NCBI GenBank assembly: GCA_012295275.1
Contig: CM022675.1
Span: 16,926,001-16,990,000, forward strand
DNA: 64,000 nt
Direction of reading: 5' to 3'
Source of the DNA: Chrysomallon squamiferum
Lineage: Eukaryota > Animalia > Mollusca
The notes under the pieces are model-generated. The model searched no databases. It was given only the letters and a program-made list of their open reading frames with translations, and was not told where the DNA came from. Both the position numbers and the translations under genes were made by a program. Positions 23,977 through 50,589 of the stretch are shown here, piece by piece; position 1 is the stretch's first letter; each line of letters begins with the position of its first letter.

Positions 23977-24714
23977 AGAATTTTCATTTTCAATGTTTGT
24001 TTGATGTGCGAATTTAAAAAGCGATTCAATGATCATTAAGTGTAGAGAATTTTAATGGTTTCTGTTAGTTAATGTTAAGTTAATAGTAACAGTAATTACC
24101 ATTTGTTATTATCTGAATCTGTTTTCGTATTGACCTTTTTTTTATTAATTTTGTGACAGCCGGTTATATAAGATGGAATTTGAAGAGAGACGCAGTGTGT
24201 GCCTCTGTCCGCGGAAACTGGAATTCTGGCTTTACGATATCACTGGACACCGACTGCAACGAACAGAAGCCGTATCTGTGTGAAAACAGCAGATATCTAT
24301 ACAGAGGAAGTAAGTGATATTGTATGTATCGTCATCGTAGGCTGGTTGATATATTGATTACTTAATAAATAAATAGGTACAGAAGCCTGTTATACTGATT
24401 AGTATACATATGTAAATCAAAAGACATACAAAGTTATGGAAATCATCAACTGTACAAATAATTAGATAATATATCTTTACAAATTACAAAGTAACGTATA
24501 ATATTTTTCAGATTGCCAGTACAGTGAATTTTGTTACAGCACACGACGAGTGCCGTGGCGTAAAGCGAACCAATCATGTACTCTGTTAAAGATTATTCCA
24601 GACAGAATAGTGTCAATCAATCGTTTCCTGCAATATAGTGGGAGGAGTCAGCCTTACTGGGTGGGACTTAGTAGAGAGCGAATATTATCATGGACCGATG
24701 GTACGTTATACAGC

Positions 24715-24771
<57 letters not shown>

Positions 24772-24981
24772 TTTAGATATACTGTCATAAGTTTATCCTT
24801 AAGTAATACGTTGGTCTTTTGTGTGGTTCTTTGGCTGACTGGTTGACTGAATGCATGCTTGGTATGTTAGTTGATTGGTTGGTTTATTCGTTGGAGACTG
24901 ACTGTTTTGGTTTGTTTGTTGAATTTTATGGGGTTTGTTTTGTTTGTTTCTTGTTTTCTTCTTCGTTTGTTTTCTTTATTA

Positions 24982-25032
<51 letters not shown>

Positions 25033-25794
25033 TGTTTTTCTATCATTAAATTATTATCGTGAGATTCAAAGATATTTAGGTTTCACTGTTTTCAGCGCAT
25101 CCTGTTACATCTGGTTCTGAGAGGAAATGTCTGAGTCTGTATGTTTCTGACAGAAGTCACTTTCGTGTGGAAAGCAGTCCGTGCTTCTGGAATCTGTCCT
25201 CTGTTTGTGAGTCAGGTAGACAATCACCTCTTATGTTATTTAATAATAATAAAAGAACACAATTTTCATTAATATAAATATGATTATATAAATTATAGAA
25301 AAAAGAACAGATCTGTTCAGGACGAACAGTAAATATGCCCTACTGTTTGAATACTACTAGTTATGTTATTACTACTACTGTTACTATTTCTACTATAATA
25401 GTTACATCTACTACAACATCTATTGTTAGAACTACCATAACAAAAACTAATATTTATCGTCATCATCATTACTATTATCATTATTATCATTATCATCATC
25501 ATTATTAATATTATCATTATCATCATCATCATCATCATCATCATTATTACTATTATCATTATATTATTATTATTATTATTATTATTATTAGTTACATCCG
25601 GTGCTCCTTCGTCCAGTTTCATTACTTCTTCAGCAACGGTGACAACAACTACGAACCAAACATCAACATCAGCTAACAGTGAAGATCAAACTGCAAATCT
25701 GAGAAAGAAAATCAGTAATCTACATTTATGACACTCAGTTCTTTTTCATAATATGTAGTTTCATGAAAAAATGCGTGCTTTATACATTTACAAA

Positions 25795-25862
<68 letters not shown>

Positions 25863-27888
25863 CAGCAACAACACTTTGATTTGTTTAGTTCATATTTACA
25901 GAACAAATCTTCACGTTTAACGTAATTCAAAATATATAAATATATTAAATTATTATTATTGTTGTTCGTTCTTTCTTATAGTTATATTTATCATATTCAT
26001 AAACACAAATACAAAAAAGTATTGCAAAACATCATTTTCCAAACATATAAATGTAAAAGAAAAAAAAGAAAGATTTTATGTGATATATTTTATTAACTGT
26101 TATTTATTTTATCCTTTAGACTCTATTTGTAATTTGAGGCTCATTAATTTAGTGACTACTTAAAAGAAGTTTATATATTTAACGTAATAGTTCTGTTCAA
26201 ATAACAGATACAAGAGGGATAACTCTTTCTGGTTTCATAGTGTCTCCTCCTTTTGTTACAATGGTATTTCCTGTCTGCACACTTTGATTCTTATATTTAT
26301 ACATCAACTGTGATGAGTATCGAATAGCTGACCTTCTGAGTTTTGTATTTCAAATTTGTATTACTTGACAAGAGTTTAAAGGGTTTTGGGGTTGTTGTTT
26401 TTTTCTTTCAGATGTCGTGCCTATTATTGTTCCTGTGGTTGTACTTACCGGCGGCTCTGGTTTTGCTGGGTTTTTCTATTTTAAACGGTACTGATGTAAT
26501 TAGCTTACTTTATTTTAAACACAGACAGATACATATATTTTCTGTAAGATACTGAAATAACGAATAAATTTGTAAGTGTCCGATATTATGTATATACTAA
26601 GTTTGTTTGTATTTAAGAAAACCTTTAAACAAAACTAAAAAATGTGCTTGTTTTTACTTGTTTCAGAAAGCTGAAGTTGCGATTTACACTTGGAACATTA
26701 ATATCATTCAGACAAAACCCCAAACCTTCTGAAAATGAATTGGACAACAGATCCATCGATTCTGATCTCTGTTACGATTCGGATAATTCCAGTTTTGATT
26801 TAGAAAATGACATCACCAATCCAGACTATAACATTAGCTTCCACAACAGGGGAATGTACCAAAATATAGAACCTATTGAAATTTCTAGCAGACACGACAA
26901 TTATACATACCAAAACACCGTATGTCCTGATAGTAATGATGTAGATGTGACTGAAAATCTGCCTGTTCAGACATCGTCAAAGAGTTTTGAATGTAATGTG
27001 TACAAAAATGCATTGTATGATCGAAGTTATGTTACTAAAGCTGGAACTGAGAATAAATCTTTTGAATCACACGAACACACAGATAGTCAGAAAAGCAGCG
27101 GGAAAGAACAGTCATCCCATTATGATGAGATGCTTCAAGGTAGATCGGGAAAAGATGAACTCGGATGTGAGGAATCAAAACTGAATAAAAGTAAATTATT
27201 TACTGACAGTCCTGCCCCTGTACACACATCAGTCCGGACAAACAGGACGGAAATGTACGACGATGACGATAATGATGTTAATATTTATGAAATTCCTGAA
27301 TGCCAAAGAAATATACAGATAATAAAAATGCGTCCAGTCAGTGAGTGGATTCTTAAAAATTCAGAGCATTCGGGCGAGGTTGAAGAATTAGGTGACCAGC
27401 TCGTTGGTCAAACGGTACAAGACGAGAGTCAAACAGGATCTGCTGAGGGTAGCATTGTTAAAACATTACCGCCTGACCAAGTGGATGCATTTTCAGTCGT
27501 CAGCAGTCCTGGTCAAGCAATACCATTTGACAATATGTGTAGTCAGACTTCAGCATCTTATAATACATTTGACCAAGAGGTTTCTGTTTCAGCTGACAGT
27601 CAGGAGGATCGTGCAGTGTTAGCTGAATATTGCCTAGCTCGCGAGGTTTCTGCTGATCAAATCATTATAAATGACGTTGAAGATGACGTGGAATACTGGA
27701 CAGTGGAGGACGTAGATGAATTCAAAACCAAACAAGAAGAATTAAGTGCTTCTGACACCGTCATTTTTACTGAACCTGAGGTCGACCTGAGAGAAGATAA
27801 CTTGTATTTTATCCTGGAATACACAGCTGATGGAGGAAATCTGACACAGACAGAAGAGTCTACTAATGTAGCAGACAGTGAAGTGTAA
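21860..27888 (+). CDS. Gene C: type I membrane receptor-like protein (signal peptide, CTLD with inserted WSC-like domain, second CTLD, Ser/Thr stalk, TM, ~406 aa acidic Tyr-motif cytoplasmic tail), ~811 aa
   Basis: Phase-consistent exons: 21860-21926 (MYITIFITIHSFLLAES, signal-like), 22671-22880, 23106-23242, 23698-23839, 24160-24309, 24512-24700, 25096-25215, 25592-25714, 26412-26487 (VVPIIVPVVVLTGGSGFAGFFYF then KRKLK), 26667-27888; total 2436 nt. CTLD motifs: WAQAVTKC..YWLG..WKWTDGS..CASV..DCNEQKPYLCE and WRKANQSC..YWVGL..SWTD..KCLSL..PCFWNLSSVCE. Exon 1 is the least certain. Confidence 0.85.
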
Positions 27889-28469
27889 CAAAGATAACTG
27901 TGTTATTCAAACAATTCTCCTATAAACAATTACAATAATAATCGTCATCATTTCATAGTTACTCATTTTACTGTATTTTACTTTTCTTTTAGTCTAGAAA
28001 ATATATAAAGCAGAGTTTTGTTTAAATTATGCTTGTGGTTACATATTTATTCATTTATTTGCCATACACCACAAAGAACTGTTTTTGTATAATCGTTATG
28101 AATGTATGTTATTAACCGAGTTAAATAGTCAGTCTCAAGTCAACACAGAAGTATAGACAAGGGGAATAACTGCGGCTCGTTTGTCAGTTCGTTCACGTCG
28201 CTCTGTTTTTGTAGTGCAGCCAAAACAACGTTAGTAAACTGTCCCGTGCGGCAGAAACACGATTATTTCTTCAGTGTTTTTGTTTGTTTGTTTGTTTTGT
28301 ATGTTTGTTTAGTGGTAGGATCAACTTCCTAACATCAAATCCTAACAAGTTTATAGTCAGCTGTAAATAACAATTTATAACAGAAAGCCTAAATCGTCTT
28401 TATTTATTTGTTTTTATGTTTGTTTATTTATTTATTTAATTATTTATTTGTTTGTTTGTTCATTTATTT

Positions 28470-28500
<31 letters not shown>

Positions 28501-31500
28501 TTTTATTTTAATTTAATTACTTCTTTATCGGGGGGGGTTGCTGTTCCAAAAAAAAAATAGTCATCTGTATCTTCTAAATATACTAACTCTTTTCAGATGC
28601 GTTAACGTAGGCGTTCAGGTAATTGTCTGAGCACACTTAGTTATTTTTAGACAAAATAAATTACAAAGCGTTTTACATAAGCCAAAAACCCATTAGCATT
28701 AATAAATTTGTCTCCTTTTAACATAATTTGGAGATATTTTCTCTCTAGTTCTTAAACATTCCTAATGCATACCGTGTGTTTCTGAACTCAAGCATCCGAA
28801 TCTGCCCGAAGTCAGCCGAAATTTTCCGAAGCGAACTACAACATTTGTTTCCATGCTAAAATTGTTCGTGATCATGTATAAATAGGTATTTTTCATAGCA
28901 TACACATAAGAGCATTACTTGTTGTAAATGTTCTTGAACTTAATATTCAGTGTTAATTTTGTGGTAAGTATCTATTTATAAAAGTAAAATAAAGTAGTCT
29001 GTTCAAAATGTATTGTTTCGTTTATTTTTTTATTTCTTCTTATTATTAATATTAAATTTAAATTTTATTTTACTCTGCTGCTGGTAATTTTTACAGAACA
29101 AGAATTAAAGCTATTATTATATCTCCTATAAAGATGACGATTATGATAAATCTGATGCAATTATGCGCCATGGGATCTTAACAAATACTCATTCATTCAG
29201 ATATTTCTGAAGAAAATGCACATCTGAGAATTACGCCATATATCAGTGACCTTGACCTGACTTTACGACGTCACATTTTATAACTCTTATTAACACGTGC
29301 TCATCGCTTAGGTCCGTTTCGCTCAAAACAAAATCAGTTTTATCAGATATTTGTAAATCGATTCAAATTATTGCGACCTTTCCTTTTATTCATCTCATAA
29401 TCGTAGACAAGAAAGGTTTTAATATTATTTTTGAAACAGTGCCACGAGAAATGAGTATACAAACGCACACAGCGTGACGAAAAATCACGCCAGTCTATTT
29501 AGTACTTACGTTAAGAGCCACACACCGCGACTTGGCCTCATTTCAGATAATAATACACCGCCCGGCTGCCTCGTAAACACATTATTCATAGAAGTCACCA
29601 TGATTACGGGTTACCGTTCATCAAAAGGGTTATCGTTAATAATGATGTTATCTTGTTCTCAAATACATGCAAATGTGCGGGTTAGTACCTTAGAATAAAC
29701 GTTTTATTTTTATTATTAATTTATTTTCATTTATTTTATTTTATTTTATTTTTTTTTTTATTAATATCTAATGTGTATTACCGAATGCATCAACTACGTG
29801 CATGAATTGGCATATCTTTCTTTCTTTTTATTGTTCATTATCACTCGCACTCTCTCTGTCACACACTCTTTCACTCACTCTATCAGTTTATTTATTTCTG
29901 CAATCCTTTACTTCTTTATTTCTCTGATTGTCCATCCATCTATCCATCCATCTATACATCTCTTGGTATGTGTGTGTTTCTTACTTTCTGTCACTCTATT
30001 CATATATTTTGTCCTTTTCCAATCTCTCTGACAAAGTAAACTTATGAGAAAAATATATTAAATAAAATATGTATGAATGTTTGCAATTCTTCTTCTAGCA
30101 GTAACAGTAATACTGATAATGATGATAATAATAACAAGAATATAAATAAGGAAAAAAGAAGAATAGTAACAGAATAACAAGAACGATAACAACAACAGTT
30201 AAAAATGTAAAGAGAACGGATGTAAACACGTGTATTCGATTGAACTTCACGTAATCTAGTCTACAATACATGTGTATGTATGTGTATCCATAATTGAAAA
30301 CATACACATTATACATATACAAACTATAAAAAAACAGAAGCTTCAAAAATGTCATTATTTGAAAATATTTTATTTATTTATTTATTTATTTATTTATTAT
30401 TTTTTTATAATGTTCAACAACGAAATAAAGTTCTAAGCAGATTTTTGAAATTCATTACCTATCAAACTAGTTTTATTTATTTTATTTATTAACATTCGTA
30501 TTTTGAAATAACAAACAGCCACTCAGTAAATGTGTACATATTTAACATTATCACAACACTTTTTTTTTCAGCAAATTTATTAGTTACTGGTGTTACGATT
30601 ATTTCAGTTCTGATAAATTGATAATCGGGTTCCACAAATTATACTTATTGATAAGCAGGCGCGGTTCTTTTCTTGTAGAACTCAGATTGGAACGGGAAAT
30701 ACTCCAAAAGGAAATCTTCGATAAAATTTTGAACATAAATAAATGATGTTAAAACATCATTAAATGACTTCTAGTGTGATTCTAAGCAATACATATCTTA
30801 TTGCTTTTGTTTCTAATTACTTCTTGAGTTTTTGTTGTGGTTGTTGTTGCTGACTGGAATTTTTTATCATCACTTTTTAAAATTTTGCTGTTGTTGTTGT
30901 TGTTGCTGTTGTTTTCTATGTGTACCTCTGTATAACCAGTACTTGGGGTACCCTTTAATAATGTAAAAAATAAAAAAAAATTGAAAAATTGAAAATCAGC
31001 ATCTTCATAATAACATTAGATTCTGTGAAGTTTGAATTAACCACATAACTGTAATTGTCTTTTCATTGAAAGAAACTGTTTTTACCTAGAAATGTAAATA
31101 TTCATCTCAAACAAGCAAACGTTTTAAATATTAACTAATGTTTAAGTACGTTAGTCCTGGACGCAGAATGTGTACAATCACGGTTCACTTGATTTTTAAT
31201 CAACTGCTGATTCCTATGCCCTTGTCAGAGTCAGTATATTAGTCAGAGAGACGACATCGTACAATGATCATACAACATTTCTGTCAGTCCTGGATGAGAT
31301 CCTCTATCGAGACTGGATCCAGTTAAATCCGACGGCTATATGTAATTGTAGATATATCACTGATAATTGTGAGACAGGTGTGTTTCAGTCAGTCTGGTTT
31401 GATACACACACTCTGTGTCCTGCTTACAGTAACCTCGCTCATACTAGTAAATAATAAAAGACCTATTTGCTTTTTAATCTACAAATAAATTAAAATCCTG

Positions 31501-31696
31501 GTTGTATAGAATTCACTTGTAAAGAGATTTTTTCATTTATTTTTTTTTTAAAGAAAGAAAAGTAAAGAAAAGAAAAAGAAAAAAAAAAAAAATCAACAAA
31601 AAAAGAGAGAGAGAGCGAAACAAAGGCTTAGATAATCATCCTAACAAATAACTACAACATTATTCTGACTCGTCTCTCGCAGCCTTTCTCTTTCTT

Positions 31697-32640
<944 letters not shown>

Positions 32641-33959
32641 GCAGTTTATATCTTAATGTAATTAGTTCAGTTATTTTCCACAATCTTTGCAGTGGAAAAT
32701 ATTTCATTTATTTACTTTGTGCACCATGTTACTGGGTTGATGAAAAAGTCTTTGCGGTTCATAATTGATTCAAATTTATTGCAGAGGCATCGAAAGACGT
32801 TGACTGCTGGGAAGAAGTGGTAAATAACAACAAAGAAAACATTATTGATTAAATTACATCTTGTTATCAATTAATCTTAAGTTTTCTTCTCTGTAATGAT
32901 TATAATTAGTTTAACCGCAGTGACTTATTCCTCAACCCTGTAATTCCCGTGAAATCAACAGAACTGTTTTATCTGTTTCCAGCTCTTAGAAAACTTTGTT
33001 AAGTAAACGTTGGGGCAGCGGGAGTCGCTGGGTGGATGTCCTGGATGCTGTTATGGGTGTATATATGAATGTGTTCGATTTATTTGATTATGTGTAAAAT
33101 TACATAAAATTTAATTTGATCACTTTTATTAAACCTTACTTTACACAATTTTATTCAGCTTAAGGATAGCTCTTGGGAAGTTTTTATTTTTAGTGTATCT
33201 TTTTTTGTTGTTGTTGTTTTTATTACGGCTGTTGATGCTTTTTATTTGTTAAAGAAATATGCTCTCAAACGATTCCTTGAAATGGCGTACAGAATTCATA
33301 TGAACTGTAATTATAATATAAACACACAGGTCAGACTGAGGTCAGACCAGGAAACCACATGCTTATTCACTGAAATGTTATTCATTAAATAATAGTCAGT
33401 CAATACTGAGTCAGTATGCAGCCGGCCACTTAGTCAGTGTATTAGTTAGTTATTCAATCCAGCCGTTACTCGTGCATTCAGTCAGAGAATATTCTATTGA
33501 TCACTATTTCATAAGTCTATACCTGTCAGTCAGTCAGTTAACCAGTGAACCGGTTTAGCTTTGTCTAAACAAATTAGCCTAGAAGATTAAAACAAAAATA
33601 ATGAAAACAACTAAACCCGCCAAATTTATAATGCATTTTTTTCGTCCAGTATATGATAATAGTGTCGTTATTCTGTGACAGTTTGAGACATTTATTACCT
33701 TGTCAAAGTCGCAGTGACACGCACGCTAGAATGTATTTCTTTTACCCGTCTCTGTCTCATCTAAAAACGCGTCAGTATGACCCGGTGTTCAGTATAAACA
33801 TTTAACAAGAAAAGAAAGAAAAACTATACAGACGAACATTCATACAATAGTTAAAAAAAAAAAAAAAGTCACCATAAACAAGACAGCGACGAGAGAATCA
33901 TGTTACCACGAATACTGTCGGACACCTGACAGAAAATAACCGAACCATTACAAACACTT

Positions 33960-34103
33960 TATTTAGTCCACAGACACACACAGTCCTCGCTACGTTGAGG
34001 AGTGAAGGAAGAGGGAAAACCACGGCTATGTAACACTCAGTGTAACAGTCAGCTGGCTTTTGTTAACAACAGCAGAGTCGCCAGAGGTGATATTCTGTTC
34101 AAG
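33960..34103 (+). other. Candidate non-coding 5' exon of gene B
   Basis: Consensus donor AAG|GTAAGT at 34103/34104 in a GC-richer patch. Gene B coding exon 1 is preceded by acceptor-like tttacag/cttacag sites. The start coordinate is approximate. Confidence 0.4.
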
Positions 34104-34683
34104 GTAAGTGTACGTGTGTTGCGTTTTTTCGTTTGTGATTTTTATTACCTGCACGACCTCTGCGCAGAATGCAGGTAGATGTTTAGGGAGGGAAGCCAGC
34201 TTGTGTACTGCTAAATATCTTGTTTTTGTTACAGCTACTAGACTATGATTATTTTTATTATTTTTTAAAAATATTTTAATATCTTAATTCAAATGTTAGT
34301 TCACCATGGACTAAAAGCAATGTTATCTAGGATCTTAATGAAAATTTTAAATATCATCCACCTCACCCTTTCTTTGTTACTTCGCTTTCCTGAGTGCACG
34401 ATCAAAGGTATTAGCACTAATAAAGAAAACGTGTTTGAAGTTTAGTATTGGCTTAACCAATATAATAAACATATGAAATGGTGACACATGTGCACTTCAG
34501 TAAACGTGTCTGTGTGAATACTTTATAGATCGATTGAATGTCATCGGATAATTTCGTTGTTGTATTTGTGAACTGATTTAGCAGATGTCTTCAACTGATA
34601 AATATTTATTTTACTCAACAGATTAGTCAAAAATGTAATGATTTGTGTATCTGAATACATTTATATATGCGTGTGTATGTATG

Positions 34684-34717
<34 letters not shown>

Positions 34718-35349
34718 TGTATGTATGTATGTATGTATGTATGTATGTATGTATGTATGTATGTATGTATGTATGTATGTATTCGGTAGTTATTTATTTA
34801 TTTGTTTTTTACGATAAATTTATAAAACAAATAACACCATTTTACCACTCACACTACACATACGTAAACACCCACACGCACATTCACACACACATACTCT
34901 ATAATTATGTCACATACACATACACAAAATGCTTGACTTTTACTACAGTCGGTAAAAGTACAACGTGTTATTAAATGTTGACACGTGTTTTCAAGCATTA
35001 CGCGTGACTATGTTATTGCATCTGTGTTAATGAGTGATGATCATGCTGTGATCTGACTCAGCATGATGAAAACCTCTTTGTGTTAATAACCTTGATAATA
35101 TGTCTAGTAAGCATAAGCTGTAAACATGAACTAATAAGGTAGATATATATGCTAAGGTAAGTTGAATGAAGAAGCTATCTGAGAGCTCAGTCATGCGTGA
35201 AATATTGTAGATCACGCTTTTTCCACGTGAAAGGTGGTCAGTAATCTAAATACTTGTTTGGACAATAGCAGAGAATAGTTATTAGAAAGTGCTGGATGTT
35301 CGAATATATTCTGATAATTAGTATTCTTGTTGTTGTTGTTGTTCTTCTT

Positions 35350-35410
<61 letters not shown>

Positions 35411-36980
35411 TCATTATTATTATTATTATATTGTTAGAACAAATTATAAGTAGAGTATTCATTCAAGAAAAAAAACATTTAAAACATTTATTAAATTCAT
35501 AATTCATAACTAGCTCGAATAATTAAAAAGTGAAGTATAAAAATCGACATACATACACTTTAATCAGTATCAGGCCTGTACGAAGTGAAGGGTGCGAGAT
35601 GTGCACGCTATAATCGTCCCACTTCAGACCGACAAATTTACTTCCCAGAATGCAGGAAAATGCATCTAATGCATTTTGGATCTAAAATAATTTCGAGGGT
35701 GGGAGCGCGAACATGGCTGTGTATCTGTCTGTGTGCGTGTTTGTGCATACATGTGGTTTATATATTTATGTGTTAATTGTATGTGTTTTTAATTAGTATT
35801 TTACTGTGGTACAATTCTATTCATACGCAACTTTTATATATTAATTAATGTACATATATTTAGGTCAGCAATGTGTAGACAATGCCTTTTTTGATATATT
35901 TCATGTTTCAAACTCCTACATATTACATACATTACGTTTAAAACACTCAGAAGTAATTTACTGATAATTCACAGTATTATATAATGTAGCAAGTAACAAT
36001 ATATTTCCAGCTAGATATTAATAATAAAAAATAGTTTTCATTTAGTCAACATAAAATATACACACATATACACACACACATACATACACATTCAATACAT
36101 ACATACATACATACAAACAGACAGACATACATTCATACATTCATACATTCATACATATAGAGGTACGTATAAACGTACATACACACATATCATATACACA
36201 CAGAGAGAGAAAAAGAGCTAGTCAGTCAAACAGACACATTTTTGCTGCTAATTTATAGGAGTAGACAATAAGACATCATATTTTCATTCTAAATGCTGCA
36301 TTTATTGATGAGTTAGTTGCAAGGAATGTTTTATCTGCTGTTTTCATGCACTGTAAATCAAGTAACTCGATCTTTGATAAACGATTTTGATACGTGGAAG
36401 ACGATAGATCGGTTCTAGGCGAACATTCCACGAGTCGGTGTGGAAAGACACAACTTGTAACACAGAGACATGAAAAGAAAAATCTGTTTCCGTTCAGTTT
36501 TCTTTATTTTTTTTTTTTTTCAAATGCGCCTTACCACAGGCTGAAAAGATCTCTGCGAAAATTGTTATTTATTTATTTATTTTATTTAGTAAATTAATTA
36601 TTATTATTATTATTATTATATTTTTTTTTTTTTTTTTGTATTCATTATATGATCAATTTCATTCATAGAATGTTGATTTAAAAACTCAATTTTTCCTTCC
36701 ATTTATTACCTGTTTTCTAACTTTGCCCTTCTCATTACTCTAGTGTATAATAGTAATATATATATTATACATATTAATTCACAAATAAACAAGTTCGAAC
36801 TTTTTAATCATACAGTCTATAGCTTAATAGGTTAATAGGAATACTGATATATTTTTGTAACTAACCAAAGTTGGTGCGTCTTTTTAAGTTTTATTACTAT
36901 TTTAAGGGAAAATGATTTAACATATATAAATGTTTACAGAACTCATCAGTGAAACTAAACAATTACTTCTTACAGGTATA

Positions 36981-48340
<11,360 letters not shown>

Positions 48341-48343
<3 letters not shown>

Positions 48344-48500
48344 ACAACATCTGAACACAAACACACATCAACATTCGAACATTTGATAAACACACATCAT
48401 CATTTTAACATTTGGCAAACACATATAGACATCTGAACATTTGATAAATACACATCAGCATTTGAATATTTGACAAAGATACAACATCTGAACATCTGTC
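48341..48500. repeat. ~29 bp minisatellite starting at the gene B stop codon
   Basis: Successive units: aaacacacatcaacattcgaacatttgat / aaacacacatcatcattttaacatttggc / aaacacatatagacatctgaacatttgat / aaatacacatcagcatttgaatatttgac. Confidence 0.85.
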
Positions 48501-50506
48501 TGTCAGTTATACTAAAACTGAATACGTCTCTCTGAAACTGAAAGCTGATAAAAGCAGAAAGTGTTAAAGGCTTAAAAAAATGAAAATAAATATAAATAAA
48601 TAAAAGTGGAGAGATAGACTATGTAATTAACAGTGAAGTAAACATTAATTAAACATAAATATACTTCCAAGCTGTCATTTTATTTGTATATTGTGTACCT
48701 ATTGGTAGTTTGGAGAAAAAAATCCAAATTATGTTTTATTATTATTATTATTATTATTATTAGATACATATATTTACTTATGACGGCATAAAATACATCC
48801 GTATTTACATTATTTACACACTGAATTTTAGTAACAATACTAAACTGTGTTTTATGACAGACACAAATTTGTACTAAATGCTAATTATAATTTAGAGTAA
48901 CATATTTTCATGCTCCGACATTTACATTTATACTACTGTTAGAAACGCGCACACGAGTGTTATCCTCCGCAATATGACGAGGTTTGTGAGGTCCTCATTT
49001 GACTTTGTCCTCCTGTCCCAGCGCGCTTTCCAGTATTGTCTAAGTGCAGAGTCTGATCATAATATATATATATATATAACAAAATATTCGTTCTTAAACA
49101 ACACATACACACACACTCACGCACACGCACATACATATACATACTTTTATGGTAGCTTACCTCAGTGCATTTACTTAATGAGTAATTTTAAATAATACAG
49201 TGAAAACGATTTGAAACATTGCCTAGTATACAGTTGTATTTCAGATAGGTTTATATTAATGTTTCTTAATGAATAAAATTGAGATACTGAACCATGAAAG
49301 TGTGTGTGTGTGTATGTGTGTGTGTGTGATTGCCTTTTAAATGTATATAATATACATATATATGCCTTTTAAATGTGCTCTTGTTGTAGTTGTTGTTGTT
49401 GTTATTATAGTGCTTGAGCCAATAATAAATAAATAAACAAATAAATACTTCTCTTTTTTATGATCCAGATTAGTAACGTGTATGTCTATGGACTTCTATA
49501 AAGGTTTGTGAGTGTGCGTGTGTGTGTTACTTATTTATAAAATGTTATATATATAGAAGGAGAGAGAAAGAGAGAGAGAGACAGACAGAAAGATCGAGGA
49601 GGCTTTATTAACAGCACAGTCTATATTTTTTTTCAAAAAGGCATTTTGTTGGGTTTATGTGCGATCCAGGAAGCCAGTGTTAATGTGAATTTATCTCAGG
49701 TTACCGATGAAAGTGTGTAGGCAGGGATATTTTCCGTTAAAATGTGTCCAGTTAAAACAATATAAATTTTTGATAGTATCTAGTAACTCCATAACAATTA
49801 TCTAAATGTTTGAGTAGCTTATTTTCATTCATTTCTTCAATAGCATTAATTTAATGTTAAAAGATTTTTGAATCAACGAATCATATTCGATAAGAAAGTA
49901 TATATTTCCTTTCTTTTCCTTTGATACGGGTACCGTATCATTTATCTTTACTTAAAATATAAAATAATCAATAAATAATAAATAAAATAATTTTTAAGCA
50001 ATAAGAATGTATTTAATAGATACAAGTTAATATGCTTTTAAAGTACTGTATGTTTGATCGTTATTAATTTATTTAAAATTCTTACAGTAAGTACAGAAAA
50101 CGCTTTTCACTGGCAAGTTGCGTTTCTTTAAGTCGTTGAGATACGATAATAAAGGTAACTGAACTGAAACGTGTAATAACTTGTTGTAAGTGGATCACTT
50201 GCACTCAGCAATCCTCTCACCTGAAACTGAATGAGCGTCATGGAAACCATAACAAAGCAGGCCTAATTGAAAAGTAGCCTGTTTCAAATTAGCTAGTTTT
50301 CTACATTTTCTGGATGTCTGGAAACATGTAAACAAATAAGATATGCCCGACATATTGAAACTTGTGTCCGTTATAAAAAGAACTATTTTCACAAGAACTG
50401 CATGTTCGTCCACCTAAATTTTTCGGATTGAAGTGCACTGAACTTGTTCAACGTCACATGGAGTTCTGCACTAATTCGAGCAGTAGTTTTTAACTGGGAC
50501 CTCGTG

Positions 50507-50538
<32 letters not shown>

Positions 50539-50548
50539 TACGTGCGTG

Positions 50549-50589
<41 letters not shown>

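Noticed and set aside
35570-35710. GC-richer fragment resembling an interspersed repeat end
   Set aside because: No partner TIR or target-site duplication found; cannot classify without a repeat library.
48974-49056. ATGACGA...CTGA as a C/D box snoRNA
   Set aside because: Imperfect C box, weak terminal stem, no recognisable rRNA guide, and not intronic.
49743-50500. Short inverted match gtcc(c)agttaaaa around broken coding-like sequence
   Set aside because: Too short and no target-site duplication. It may be an old DNA transposon but I cannot support that.
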